Below the pieces are notes generated by a model. The model ran no database searches. It was not told the origin of the DNA and was given only the letters and a program-made list of their open reading frames with translations. The translations under genes were made by a program, and so were the position numbers. A DNA stretch of 64,000 bases, taken from the IMG/VR virus record IMGVR_UViG_3300023202_000068, positions 64,001 to 128,000 of that record; one strand, given 5' to 3'. Origin of the DNA: a virus. This document shows positions 17,156 to 25,937 of this stretch, one piece after another. Each line of letters begins with the position of its first letter. Within the stretch, counting starts at the first letter, position 1.

Positions 17156-17458
17156 ATGGAATTAAATGGCATATCTAATCTTAAGCTGCAAATCGACAAA
17201 CTCTTTGACGAGCTAGTTAATACAAAGCAAGATTCTCGTGAAATCAAAAAAACCTTAGGTGACATGCAAGACCAGCTAGACGTGCTGGAGCGATATATGG
17301 TATCGATTGCAGATTACCTCGACAAGGTAGATCAAAACGTATACACACGCCCATCCGATAAGCCAGAGAGACTTCCTTATTGGCACGAAGTCCGAGACGA
17401 GCGCGACAAGTATCCAACAAATAGCGAAAGACTAAAGTCATGTGGACTATTAAAGTAG
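17156..17458 (+). CDS. coiled-coil hypothetical protein
   Basis: AGGAGG RBS + ATG 17156. Confidence 0.65.
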   Translation: MELNGISNLKLQIDKLFDELVNTKQDSREIKKTLGDMQDQLDVLERYMVSIADYLDKVDQNVYTRPSDKPERLPYWHEVRDERDKYPTNSERLKSCGLLK

Positions 17459-17949
17459 TCCAAATTAGCTTTTTATGTCTGTTTTGGACTACTATAGTAG
17501 CCTGCGGCAGGTTTGAAGCTGCAAAGCCAACTTTTGTTGACCCTGAGCTTCAGCCATACTTTGACAGGTATGTTGAGTACAAGCTTGAATACTTAGGTAC
17601 AGACAGAACCAGAGCAATTGACATATTCTTTGAGTCTTTGCCAGGTAATGCGATAGGCAAGTGTACACTTTACAGTTCTGGTGAGCGTGAGATTAGAATT
17701 GACCCAGACTTTTGGGCTTTTAATTCTGACGCCGATAGAGAACTACTTATGATGCACGAACTTGGGCACTGCGACTTAAACTTAGACCACTCCCCACCAA
17801 GATCAATTATGGAAGTATTCCATATTGGAGGGTATAACTATTCAAGATCATTAGATTATTATTTAAAACAATTTTTTAGCTTGCGTGTAACAATTTCACC
17901 TGTTACACTGGCTACTAAACATATTAACTGTAACCATAGGGAGAAATAA
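17440..17949 (+). CDS. lipoprotein zinc metalloprotease-like (HExxH)
   Basis: lipobox IVAC; AIGKC; DRELLMMHELGHCDLNLDH; Met-turn-like SIM. Confidence 0.75.
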   Translation: MWTIKVVQISFLCLFWTTIVACGRFEAAKPTFVDPELQPYFDRYVEYKLEYLGTDRTRAIDIFFESLPGNAIGKCTLYSSGEREIRIDPDFWAFNSDADRELLMMHELGHCDLNLDHSPPRSIMEVFHIGGYNYSRSLDYYLKQFFSLRVTISPVTLATKHINCNHREK

Positions 17950-17950
17950 A

Positions 17951-18478
17951 ATGAAACAGTTACTTTTTATATTGGCAGTTACTGCCTTAGTAGGATGCGG
18001 CGAACAAGAAGTTGCCTTTTCACCAGCAGACGGTGCAGACGGTACAGGATGTACTGTTGAGGAAGTTCCAGGTGGTGCAAACATCACTTGCGGCGAGGAA
18101 GTTACCTTTATTGCCGATGGAGAAGACGGTCAAGACGGCGCTACTGGACAGCCTGGTCAAGACGCAGCTACTCTTACAACTGTAGCTTTACCTGCAGGCG
18201 GCTGTTCACAAGTTGGTCCTGGTATCTGGGCTGAGAATGTGAGGAACGGTCAGTTGTTTGACGTATACCTTAACGCTAACTGTGAAGATCGAGATGGGGA
18301 GTATTGCGACAATGTAATTCCTTCATACGGTAGATCTGGACAACTCGATAGTGATGAGCATCCAGGTTCAGGTACGGTTTGTTGGGCTGGCGATTATCAA
18401 ATTAGCGGCTACAAAACAAGTAAGAACTCAAAAGATATCGTAATTAAAGTTTTAGATTTTAACCCAGGAGGAAACTAA
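17951..18478 (+). CDS. collagen-like lipoprotein
   Basis: lipobox LVGC; GADGTG and GEDGQDGATGQPGQD G-X-Y repeats; Cys-rich C-terminal domain. Confidence 0.75.
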   Translation: MKQLLFILAVTALVGCGEQEVAFSPADGADGTGCTVEEVPGGANITCGEEVTFIADGEDGQDGATGQPGQDAATLTTVALPAGGCSQVGPGIWAENVRNGQLFDVYLNANCEDRDGEYCDNVIPSYGRSGQLDSDEHPGSGTVCWAGDYQISGYKTSKNSKDIVIKVLDFNPGGN

Positions 18479-19023
18479 TGAATAATTTTACACAAACACT
18501 TTTTTACTTTGTACTAGCAATGCTAGGACTAATGGCACTAACCCTATTTCAATCAGCAGACGCTAGTGAAGTTGGTGAGAAGTTGAAGGTAGAGTTACGC
18601 GAAGAAGTAGATGCCTTACTAGACCAAGTTGAGAAAGAAGACGTTAGAGGCACTGCTTCTGAAGAAAAAGCACCTAAGCCATTTGAAGACTCGGATATCA
18701 AGAGAGAACTTAAAGACGGTAAGGTTCAAAAGTTCGATGGTAATAAGTACATGATTGTGCGCCGAGGTGCAAAAAAGAAAAAGCCCGTTACAAAGACGAT
18801 TACTGTTGTTAAGAAACAACCTCGTAAGAAGAATAGACTAACTCTGTATGTTGGTAGCGATCCAAACGATCTAGAAACCAACTCAACTAATGACAAGGTT
18901 ATTCTTGACAAAGATGGGCTTTGGGGTGTAGGCTATACACGTAACTTAAACGAAACAATACACCTAGACGCTGTTATTTTGACTAACGAGACGGTAATGG
19001 GTGGAATAGGTGTTAGTTTTTAA
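18478..19023 (+). CDS. secreted protein with C-terminal beta-strands ending in Phe (outer-membrane anchor-like)
   Basis: signal peptide (ADA/S); Lys-rich linker; strands RLTLYVG, LWGVGYTR, IHLDAVIL, VMGGIGVSF. Confidence 0.6.
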   Translation: MNNFTQTLFYFVLAMLGLMALTLFQSADASEVGEKLKVELREEVDALLDQVEKEDVRGTASEEKAPKPFEDSDIKRELKDGKVQKFDGNKYMIVRRGAKKKKPVTKTITVVKKQPRKKNRLTLYVGSDPNDLETNSTNDKVILDKDGLWGVGYTRNLNETIHLDAVILTNETVMGGIGVSF

Positions 19024-19289
19024 TGAATAAAGAACTTAGGCAAAAAATTACTAAGTGTTTAAAGGATTATTTGATAGGTCAAGGATGGCCAAATCTTTCA
19101 AACGATCAGATTATTCAGCTTCTGCCGCAAATGTGGAAGAAGATGGAAGCTCAGGGACTTACAAAAGAATTAGAAAGCCAGGGCTTTGGATACGCAAAAT
19201 TTGCACAGTCAGCAATAAGTGCTAAGCAACAGGCTGCAATGAAGGCGGCTTTTGAACAACGATTAAGAAACATGGGGATTAAATTCTAA
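19023..19289 (+). CDS. hypothetical protein
   Basis: TAATG coupling. Confidence 0.65.
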   Translation: MNKELRQKITKCLKDYLIGQGWPNLSNDQIIQLLPQMWKKMEAQGLTKELESQGFGYAKFAQSAISAKQQAAMKAAFEQRLRNMGIKF

Positions 19290-19579
19290 TGAAACTAGCA
19301 TCAATAAGACTTAACGCACTTGACTTCGCTAGCGAAATCGCTCGTGAATCAAAACAAACTTGCACGGCAATCCAAAATGATATTGACAAGCTCGATATGG
19401 AAATGAAGATGAATCTAATTGATCGTCAAGAGGCTCAGGATAAGATTCACCACCTTAAAGTTGAAAAACGTAATTACAGAATGGTCCATATTAAATATCT
19501 TAAGAAGAGATGGCAGGTTATGGAGTACATGAAAAAAAAGAACGCGCAAGCGGCTGAAAATTATTACACAGGAGAGTAG
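19289..19579 (+). CDS. hypothetical protein
   Basis: TAATG coupling. Confidence 0.65.
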   Translation: MKLASIRLNALDFASEIARESKQTCTAIQNDIDKLDMEMKMNLIDRQEAQDKIHHLKVEKRNYRMVHIKYLKKRWQVMEYMKKKNAQAAENYYTGE

Positions 19580-19580
19580 T

Positions 19581-19835
19581 ATGACCGTAGGTCAGTTAAT
19601 TTCAATTTTACAAAAGTATAACGAAGATACACCTGTGGTCATGAAGAGCACGGGTAGTAGAAGGCACCTGGAAGACTACATCGATGTAGACGCCAGTAAG
19701 ATCCAAACAATGGTTGGTAAGCCTGTATTTAAAGACACGACACACGTAGATAGACAAGTTTATGATGCTACGGAAGTCATTGATGGTCGCGAAGTCCTTA
19801 GTCTAACAGGTGTTCCCTTAATTCAGGAGAAATAA
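19581..19835 (+). CDS. hypothetical phage protein
   Basis: MTVGQLISILQKYNEDTPVV is a common phage N-terminal motif. Confidence 0.7.
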   Translation: MTVGQLISILQKYNEDTPVVMKSTGSRRHLEDYIDVDASKIQTMVGKPVFKDTTHVDRQVYDATEVIDGREVLSLTGVPLIQEK

Positions 19836-20659
19836 TGCACAGAGATCAACTAGGTATAATAGGTCAGATTCAACCACCTGGATCTAAAATTAAAGTTGAG
19901 GGTGGTGACTCACTTGCGTGGCACTCCCACTGGATTTACCTTAATGACGGAAAAGACCCAGACGGTATCACGGTCAAAGATGCTGCAGACGTTTTTCAAT
20001 TTTTTTCTCCAGACTATCTTTTTGACGGGGCTTTACTCAGACACCCTATAGCTGAGTTTACTAACAATGGCTTTGGAGCGTACTACTCAAACCCATGGAG
20101 CGGCTGTGTTAGTAGAGATCAGATAACAAATGCTCTTGCACTGGCTATCCAAAGCGGTCGCAAAGATATAATGCTTAGGATTATTAAGCACAGCTCGAAG
20201 CGTTTGTTTTTGACCACGTACAATACGATTTTAAACGGCAGAAATCCTAATGAAACCAAGCTTAGCCTGTCAAAGTTCTTCAGTAATCCCAATAATGAAA
20301 ATTATTACAAGTTCCCAGACCCTACAGGTCCAGACATATGGGCTATGATGATTCGTGGCTTAGGAGTGTGGGCATATCTACTCTACCCTCTACTGTTTTT
20401 GTTTGATTTTCACATGGTGCTAAATGCGCTTTACAATAATTACTTAGATAAAGAAAACGATGATCAAATCAACCAAGTTACTAAACTGGTGGTTGGGCTA
20501 GAATATGTCCCTACACCTTTTAGCTGGCTTGCCTGGAAGATATCTGATAAGTCTTTACTTTTAGAGCAGCTTACGAGATACTGGAGTGGGTTTAGGGATT
20601 CACCAGAATACCTACCATTATATCGTAAGAAATTCAAGGAGCTTGGTTTTGAGTCCTAG
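19835..20659 (+). CDS. hypothetical protein, 274 aa, partly hydrophobic
   Basis: long coupled ORF; GGDS, RHP and SRDQ motifs; function unknown. Confidence 0.7.
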   Translation: MHRDQLGIIGQIQPPGSKIKVEGGDSLAWHSHWIYLNDGKDPDGITVKDAADVFQFFSPDYLFDGALLRHPIAEFTNNGFGAYYSNPWSGCVSRDQITNALALAIQSGRKDIMLRIIKHSSKRLFLTTYNTILNGRNPNETKLSLSKFFSNPNNENYYKFPDPTGPDIWAMMIRGLGVWAYLLYPLLFLFDFHMVLNALYNNYLDKENDDQINQVTKLVVGLEYVPTPFSWLAWKISDKSLLLEQLTRYWSGFRDSPEYLPLYRKKFKELGFES

Positions 20660-20882
20660 TATGATAGAAGAGTTTTACTTCCACAAGTCTCAAGAAGAGA
20701 TAGATAGAACTCTTGAGTTAACAGGCTTAGCACTAGATGAACTTGAAGAGGTTGTAGAGGGTTACTTTCCAGAAGACCACCACTATCCAGGTCAATTAAA
20801 AGGTCGTGTAAATATAGGGTATGACGGTCGGATTGAAATTAGACACCATTTCTTAAGTAAAATTTTCTGGAGGTCAGAGTGA
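20586..20882 (+). CDS. hypothetical protein (true start probably near 20649-20661)
   Basis: ORF; AAGGAG upstream of the internal start. Confidence 0.5.
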   Translation: MGLGIHQNTYHYIVRNSRSLVLSPSMIEEFYFHKSQEEIDRTLELTGLALDELEEVVEGYFPEDHHYPGQLKGRVNIGYDGRIEIRHHFLSKIFWRSE

Positions 20883-20994
20883 GTTTTTGGAAAGGTTTTA
20901 GTCAAGGTTGTGGGGTTGTAATCGGATTAATGTTTATGATTATTTTACTTCAACTATGTGCTTACGGATTGCATAAGCTAGGGGTATTTAACTG

Positions 20995-21342
20995 ATGTAC
21001 ACTTATAAAGCTCAGGTGGTTAAAGTAGTAGACGCAGACACTATGGATGTCAATATTGATCTAGGTTTTAATACGTGGCTCAATAACGTGCGCATTAGGC
21101 TGGCTCGCATCGATGCCTATGAGGTAAAGCTATATAAGGGCGTAAGTGAAGAAGAGAAAAAGCTAGGCTTACAGGCCAAAGAATATGTTGAAAATGAAAT
21201 GCATATGAATAAGGGTATTGTAAAGATTATAACTAAAAGCCAAGGTAGCTTTGGCAGATGGATTTCTGAAGTAGAGGTTAATGGTAAAAATCTAAATGAT
21301 AAGTTGGTAAGTTTAGGTTTAGCCGTTTACAAGACCTATTAA
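20995..21342 (+). CDS. thermonuclease (staphylococcal nuclease-like)
   Basis: KVVDADTMDVNIDLGF, RIRLARIDAYE, SFGRW, NLNDKLVSLGLA. Confidence 0.85.
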   Translation: MYTYKAQVVKVVDADTMDVNIDLGFNTWLNNVRIRLARIDAYEVKLYKGVSEEEKKLGLQAKEYVENEMHMNKGIVKIITKSQGSFGRWISEVEVNGKNLNDKLVSLGLAVYKTY

Positions 21343-21356
21343 TAAGGAAGTGTATA

Positions 21357-21635
21357 GTGAAAAACTTTTACCTATTGCGTCACGAAGATGTGCATGATAA
21401 TACGGGAGAAGGCGTGGTAGCAGAGGGAGTGATATTCGATAATGGTATGTGTGCCATGACGTGGCTGTCTAACGTAAAGACTGTTACGATTTTTCAAAGA
21501 ATTACAGAGGTAAAGAAAATACACAGTCATGGCGATAGGACTGAGGTTGTGATTGAGGGTAAGCACGATTCTTTTGATGAATGCAGAGCTGCGGTTAGAG
21601 TCTTAAGGACTCAGGAAAAGCGAGGGGATAAGTGA
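21357..21635 (+). CDS. conserved phage hypothetical protein
   Basis: FYLLRHEDV..TGEGVVAEGVIFDNG motif. Confidence 0.7.
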   Translation: MKNFYLLRHEDVHDNTGEGVVAEGVIFDNGMCAMTWLSNVKTVTIFQRITEVKKIHSHGDRTEVVIEGKHDSFDECRAAVRVLRTQEKRGDK

Positions 21636-21829
21636 GATACTATAAGTGCGTAAACTGTGGATATCGTGGGGATTTTAAGTTTTATAGGTCACGAAATGTA
21701 AAATGTCAAAAGTGTGAATACGATCTATTGACAGAGTACGAAGAAGATGAGTATAATGAGTGGATGAGTAAGTTTGGACAATACCAGGAGGAGCCGGATG
21801 GGAAAAGTAAAGGAACAACTGATAAATGA
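21632..21829 (+). CDS. zinc-ribbon protein
   Basis: CVNC...CQKC. Confidence 0.6.
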   Translation: MRYYKCVNCGYRGDFKFYRSRNVKCQKCEYDLLTEYEEDEYNEWMSKFGQYQEEPDGKSKGTTDK

Positions 21830-22046
21830 AGACGACTGGACTGATGCAATTCGCTATGCGCTAGGTTCACCTGGTTTTATTACTGATCTTGGAGCGGAAG
21901 AAGTAGGGGATTACAAAATACAAAGCCTTAGTGAACAAATTATGACAAGCAATAGCTGCTTTCACGTTTGGGAGGAGAGGCACTTGTTTACATCAAGCTA
22001 TGTGGCGTGTAAAAAATGCGGAGAGGAAAAAAATGCAGGGAATTAA
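21798..22046 (+). CDS. hypothetical protein with C-terminal CxH...CxxC
   Basis: AGGAGG RBS + ATG 21798. Confidence 0.6.
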   Translation: MGKVKEQLINEDDWTDAIRYALGSPGFITDLGAEEVGDYKIQSLSEQIMTSNSCFHVWEERHLFTSSYVACKKCGEEKNAGN

Positions 22047-22269
22047 GATTAATATGGACGAGCTTAAAATGGGTCTAACAGAGCTGATCTCTAGATGTAC
22101 TAGACAAGATAAGCTTGAGCTTAAAATTGACGGAAGAGACTTGACCTTGTCTGCTATCGACGATGACGACAATATTGTTGAGGTAGTTTTAAACCATGAA
22201 GGTAACATGCAGGCTAAGTTTAGACACACAGAGAGACTAATGAGTATGAAGAAGAAGGGTTCACTATGA
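22033..22269 (+). CDS. hypothetical protein
   Basis: GAGG RBS + ATG 22033. Confidence 0.6.
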   Translation: MQGIKINMDELKMGLTELISRCTRQDKLELKIDGRDLTLSAIDDDDNIVEVVLNHEGNMQAKFRHTERLMSMKKKGSL

Positions 22270-22484
22270 GCGGTTCACACTTAATACCAGACGATGATGT
22301 TATTATAACACATGCCTTAGGAGAGTCTAATACCGCTATTAGAGTAGAGGGACTGAAGCAGTGGGTGAAAAACCTACACGTTATCGGTGAAACCCAGGCA
22401 TACCTGAAAGCGCAAGATAAAGAAACCGGAGAAATATTTTTAATTAAACAGGTTGTAGAAATTAAAACACCTGTGGTAGAATAA
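22266..22484 (+). CDS. hypothetical protein
   Basis: ATGA coupling. Confidence 0.6.
   Translation: MSGSHLIPDDDVIITHALGESNTAIRVEGLKQWVKNLHVIGETQAYLKAQDKETGEIFLIKQVVEIKTPVVE
22453..22482 (+). promoter_or_regulatory. extended -10 promoter driving candidate sRNA-2
   Basis: TTGTAG-18 nt-TAGAAT with TG extension (TGTGGTAGAAT). Confidence 0.55.
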
Positions 22485-22487
22485 GTT

Positions 22488-22558
22488 AAGTCCACCCAGT
22501 GTCGCAAGGCACATCCCTCCCTGTATGTGGGTGAGCGAAAGCTCACCTGCATTTTTTA
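22488..22558 (+). ncRNA. candidate ~70-nt structured anti-RBS small RNA or leader (sRNA-2)
   Basis: GTGTC-GCAA-GGCAC hairpin, single-stranded ATCCCTCCC, 12-bp ATGTGGGTGAGC-GAAA-GCTCACCTGCAT hairpin + T-run. Confidence 0.55.
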
Positions 22559-22598
22559 TAGAGGACTTAGGGGTGGTAAGGGAAGGATTTGAAAACTT

Positions 22599-23045
22599 AT
22601 GAACAACCCAAATTTTAAAATTGGTGATGTGGTTGATTACAAGGGAAGCACGGGAGCAATTACCCAGCTAGACGTGATCTGTAAAGACCAGAAGCTTGGC
22701 GCTACGGTAGAGTGGCAAGCTAACCTAACACCTCCACAATCCAATGTTCCATATGAGGACCTAGTTTTTGTTGGCTCTCCTGTAACCCTACAGAACAGTA
22801 ATAGTAAAGTTTACAAGCCTGGTCAGGACCCTTGGACCTATTCTCAAGCTTACAGTAACACTAAGACATCGAATATAAACACTCACTGCCCCGTATGTTC
22901 TTCAGAGTGGGAGGATAGAACACTGGTTTATTCAAGTTTTAAGTACTGTCCCAAATGTAAAGAAGAAAAAGATTTTTTGGTAGAACAAGCTGGTGTTGTA
23001 GGTATCGATGGTGGTAAAAACGTATATTCAGCAGGAGCTGACTAA
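22599..23045 (+). CDS. hypothetical protein (SH3/KOW-like N-terminus + Zn ribbon)
   Basis: FKIGDVV...; CPVC...CPKC. Confidence 0.65.
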   Translation: MNNPNFKIGDVVDYKGSTGAITQLDVICKDQKLGATVEWQANLTPPQSNVPYEDLVFVGSPVTLQNSNSKVYKPGQDPWTYSQAYSNTKTSNINTHCPVCSSEWEDRTLVYSSFKYCPKCKEEKDFLVEQAGVVGIDGGKNVYSAGAD

Positions 23046-23239
23046 TGAGATCTGCAGGGCAAATATTACTAGAAATGGAAGAGCTGAGGAATGAGCTTAT
23101 AGATGACCACGATATGCAGTGGGGAGATCTTTTTTATGAACTCCACGGCTGGCTGGAGATACATAGGCCAGATGCAAGAGAAGAATACGTAGACGGTGGA
23201 CATCCGGTATTTTCCTATAAACCCCCAGAAGAAGGTTAG
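23045..23239 (+). CDS. hypothetical protein
   Basis: TAATG coupling. Confidence 0.65.
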   Translation: MRSAGQILLEMEELRNELIDDHDMQWGDLFYELHGWLEIHRPDAREEYVDGGHPVFSYKPPEEG

Positions 23240-23395
23240 AAATGGACAATTTAGAGATTAAAATGGCTTTTGCTGTAATTATTTCTGGACTTATCTTTTC
23301 TTTTATGCAATACTTACATAAGAAAAAGGTAGAAAGAGCAGAACGTGAATTCCAATTATTAATTAAGTCTATGGACGCAAAACATTGGAGGAATC

Positions 23396-23662
23396 GTGAA
23401 AGAAAAGATTTATAAGGTTAAACTCAAGAAAATCAAGAGTAATCACAAGAATTTAAGAACTGAAGAAGTAGAGGGGCAGACGCTAACTCTACCTGAGGTT
23501 GGAAAAGCTTTTGTACTAGTTGGTGAAGCTCTAAACCCAGAAGCAGATTACAGATCAGTATACACTACTGAAATTAAGCACGTAGAAAAGATGGGTGAGT
23601 CTTACAGGTTTAATACACAAAATAGTATTTATCACTTAGATGTTTTAGGAGAGGTGGAATAA
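23396..23662 (+). CDS. hypothetical phage protein
   Basis: GGAGG RBS; TT..I...FNTQNSIY motif common in large phages. Confidence 0.65.
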   Translation: MKEKIYKVKLKKIKSNHKNLRTEEVEGQTLTLPEVGKAFVLVGEALNPEADYRSVYTTEIKHVEKMGESYRFNTQNSIYHLDVLGEVE

Positions 23663-23908
23663 ATGGTAATGGAAGGGATTGTTTCAGCGATGGTTTTTGG
23701 CTCAGTATGTTTGAGCCCTAGTGTTGATAATCACACGAAAGATTGGACTGATATTGATCGTCAAAGCTTTACCCGTGCACACAAGAGGTGTGGGGAGAAA
23801 TTTCCCAAGTCACCTTGTCTTGTAAAGTTTATAAAGAAAGACTTTCAGGTTTATAATGCAGTATGTGGTCAGCGAAGGTTTGTAGATGATAGTCTTCGTA
23901 GGCGATAA
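23663..23908 (+). CDS. small Cys-rich hypothetical protein
   Basis: RC...SPCL..F.K...YNAVCG. Confidence 0.6.
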   Translation: MVMEGIVSAMVFGSVCLSPSVDNHTKDWTDIDRQSFTRAHKRCGEKFPKSPCLVKFIKKDFQVYNAVCGQRRFVDDSLRRR

Positions 23909-24266
23909 GCCTTCCTCTAAAAATATCAGCCCTTATATACCGTTTGTAGGAACCCAGTCTTACAAGAGACTGCTTGAGTGGATTTGGGAGATGGATATCG
24001 ATATTAGTCGTGTAAAACTTTGCAACAAAGACTTTATTGACGGGACTTACGAGGATTTCTATATAGCACTTGGTAATGAGGCGGAAAAAGCCATTAAGGA
24101 TACGGTTTTTTGTGTTTGGAATTGGAAGAAGGGCGTGGAGATGGAAATAAAGCCGTATTACTTTAAACTACCGCATCCATCGGGTTTGAATAGAAAGATA
24201 AACGACAAGAAATTTATTAAACAAGAACTAACTAAATGTAAGGAGTGGTTGAATGGCAAAAGATAA
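23886..24266 (+). CDS. minimal uracil-DNA-glycosylase superfamily protein
   Basis: IVFVGDKPS (motif A), PFVG, IALG, LPHPS (motif B). Confidence 0.7.
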   Translation: MIVFVGDKPSSKNISPYIPFVGTQSYKRLLEWIWEMDIDISRVKLCNKDFIDGTYEDFYIALGNEAEKAIKDTVFCVWNWKKGVEMEIKPYYFKLPHPSGLNRKINDKKFIKQELTKCKEWLNGKR

Positions 24267-24456
24267 GGCAATTGTAAAAAATGGTAAGATTAAAGATAAC
24301 TCCAGAAAATCTGGGGCTGCTGCGATGAATAAAGAGCGCAAGCGCAGAGAGGCTGAAGAGCGTAATGCAGAATATCAAGCCTTGCCCTTAGAAGAAAAGA
24401 TGGCTCGCAACTCAACTAAGGTTAGAAATAAACTTACGGCTCAATTGGAGAGATAA
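24253..24456 (+). CDS. small basic hypothetical protein
   Basis: AAGGAG RBS; Lys/Arg-rich. Confidence 0.6.
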   Translation: MAKDKAIVKNGKIKDNSRKSGAAAMNKERKRREAEERNAEYQALPLEEKMARNSTKVRNKLTAQLER

Positions 24457-25043
24457 TGTTAACAGCTATGGGTGACGTGATGCGTGAAGCCTACAAACGT
24501 GGGTGGATCACAACGCGAGATGGAAATATTTCAATACGCAGAGGCAATCGCTTTTACATAACACCTTCAGGCGTGCGCAAGACTATTATCCACCCTGAGA
24601 GTGTGATCAAACTACCTATTAAGCAAGGTCTTGCCCTAATGGAGGGTAACATTAAACCCTCTATTGAAATGGATATGCACACTCAAATACAAATGTCAGA
24701 CTCAAGAACAAAGGCTGTTGTACACCTTCACCCTACCTACACGATTGCTTTAATGCATAAAGCTTATCACGATTGGAAGGTTTTACAAACTGTAGCGCAA
24801 GACTTTCCAGAATTAAAGCGATATACTAAAGTGGGCTCTGTGGTTAAGTATCACGCACCTGGTTCCCAAGAGCTTGCAGACGCTGTATTTGAGGCTATTG
24901 CACCAAAGGGTAAGATAGAGTATGATATTGTAGGTATGCAGGGGCACGGTGTAACTGCTGTGGCAAAAAACCCTTGGGACGCCTTTGAGCACATTGAAAG
25001 GCTTGAACATATTTCACAAATTTATTTAGCATCAGGAGTTTAA
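24456..25043 (+). CDS. class II aldolase/adducin family protein (FucA/MtnB-like)
   Basis: DGNISIR, ITPSG, PSIEMDMH, VVHLHP, HGV metal-ligand motifs. Confidence 0.88.
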   Translation: MLTAMGDVMREAYKRGWITTRDGNISIRRGNRFYITPSGVRKTIIHPESVIKLPIKQGLALMEGNIKPSIEMDMHTQIQMSDSRTKAVVHLHPTYTIALMHKAYHDWKVLQTVAQDFPELKRYTKVGSVVKYHAPGSQELADAVFEAIAPKGKIEYDIVGMQGHGVTAVAKNPWDAFEHIERLEHISQIYLASGV

Positions 25044-25937
25044 ATGTCGAAAGATAAAATTAAAAATTTAATACTAATGGCTGGACCTCCTGGATCTGGT
25101 AAAACTACCGCTATTAAGCAACACCCTTTTCTTAGCAAACTAACTAGAATTAGCCAAGATGAAATGGGAAAAGAAGGTCACTTTGAAGCTTTTACAGAAG
25201 CTATTAAAAAAGGCGAAAACGTAGTAGTTGACAGAATGAATTTCAATAAGAAACAGCGAAGAAGATATATTGAGTCTGCTAAAAAAGCCGGATACAGAGT
25301 GGACATTGCAATTCAACACACTCCCAAGGAAGCTTGTTACTCAAGGTGCATAAAGCGTGAGGGGCACGAAACTATAAAGACTAAGGAAGATGCACAAAGC
25401 GCGATTGATTTTTTCTTTAAGAACTATGAAAGACCTGAGCCTGACGAAGCTGATTCTATTTCTAACCTAGGATGGTCTGACGGTCACACTATGTGTATTG
25501 TGTGTGATCTTGACGGTACACTGGCTAACGTAGATCATAGACGTAAATACGTTAGAGTGGAAAAGCCAGACAAGCCTAATTGGAAAAAGTTTTTTGATAA
25601 AATGGTAGATGACCCAGTCAATACTTGGTGTTCTGAACTTATTACAATGATGTCTGACAGATACCCAATTGTATATGCTACGGGAAGACCTGCAGACTAC
25701 GAGTTTGAAACCAAGGGCTGGCTGGAGAAGAACGGACTTATGCTAGGTGGGGCAAAACTATTCATGCGTGAAGCCGGAGATTATAGGTCAGATCGCATCG
25801 TTAAGCAAAACATATTGGATTTTGAAATCAAAACAAGGTATGATATATTGTTTGTAGTAGACGACAGGAAGCAAGTTGTCGATATGTGGCGCGATAATAG
25901 TTACACAGTACTACAGTGTGCGGAAGGGAATTTTTAA
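25044..25937 (+). CDS. pseT: polynucleotide 5'-kinase / 3'-phosphatase
   Basis: P-loop GPPGSGKT, RISQD; HAD DLDGT, TGR, DDR. Confidence 0.88.
   Translation: MSKDKIKNLILMAGPPGSGKTTAIKQHPFLSKLTRISQDEMGKEGHFEAFTEAIKKGENVVVDRMNFNKKQRRRYIESAKKAGYRVDIAIQHTPKEACYSRCIKREGHETIKTKEDAQSAIDFFFKNYERPEPDEADSISNLGWSDGHTMCIVCDLDGTLANVDHRRKYVRVEKPDKPNWKKFFDKMVDDPVNTWCSELITMMSDRYPIVYATGRPADYEFETKGWLEKNGLMLGGAKLFMREAGDYRSDRIVKQNILDFEIKTRYDILFVVDDRKQVVDMWRDNSYTVLQCAEGNF

Noticed and set aside
22488-22590. Known riboswitch or hammerhead ribozyme
   Set aside because: No CUGAUGA core and no aptamer consensus that I recognise; retained only as a novel candidate.
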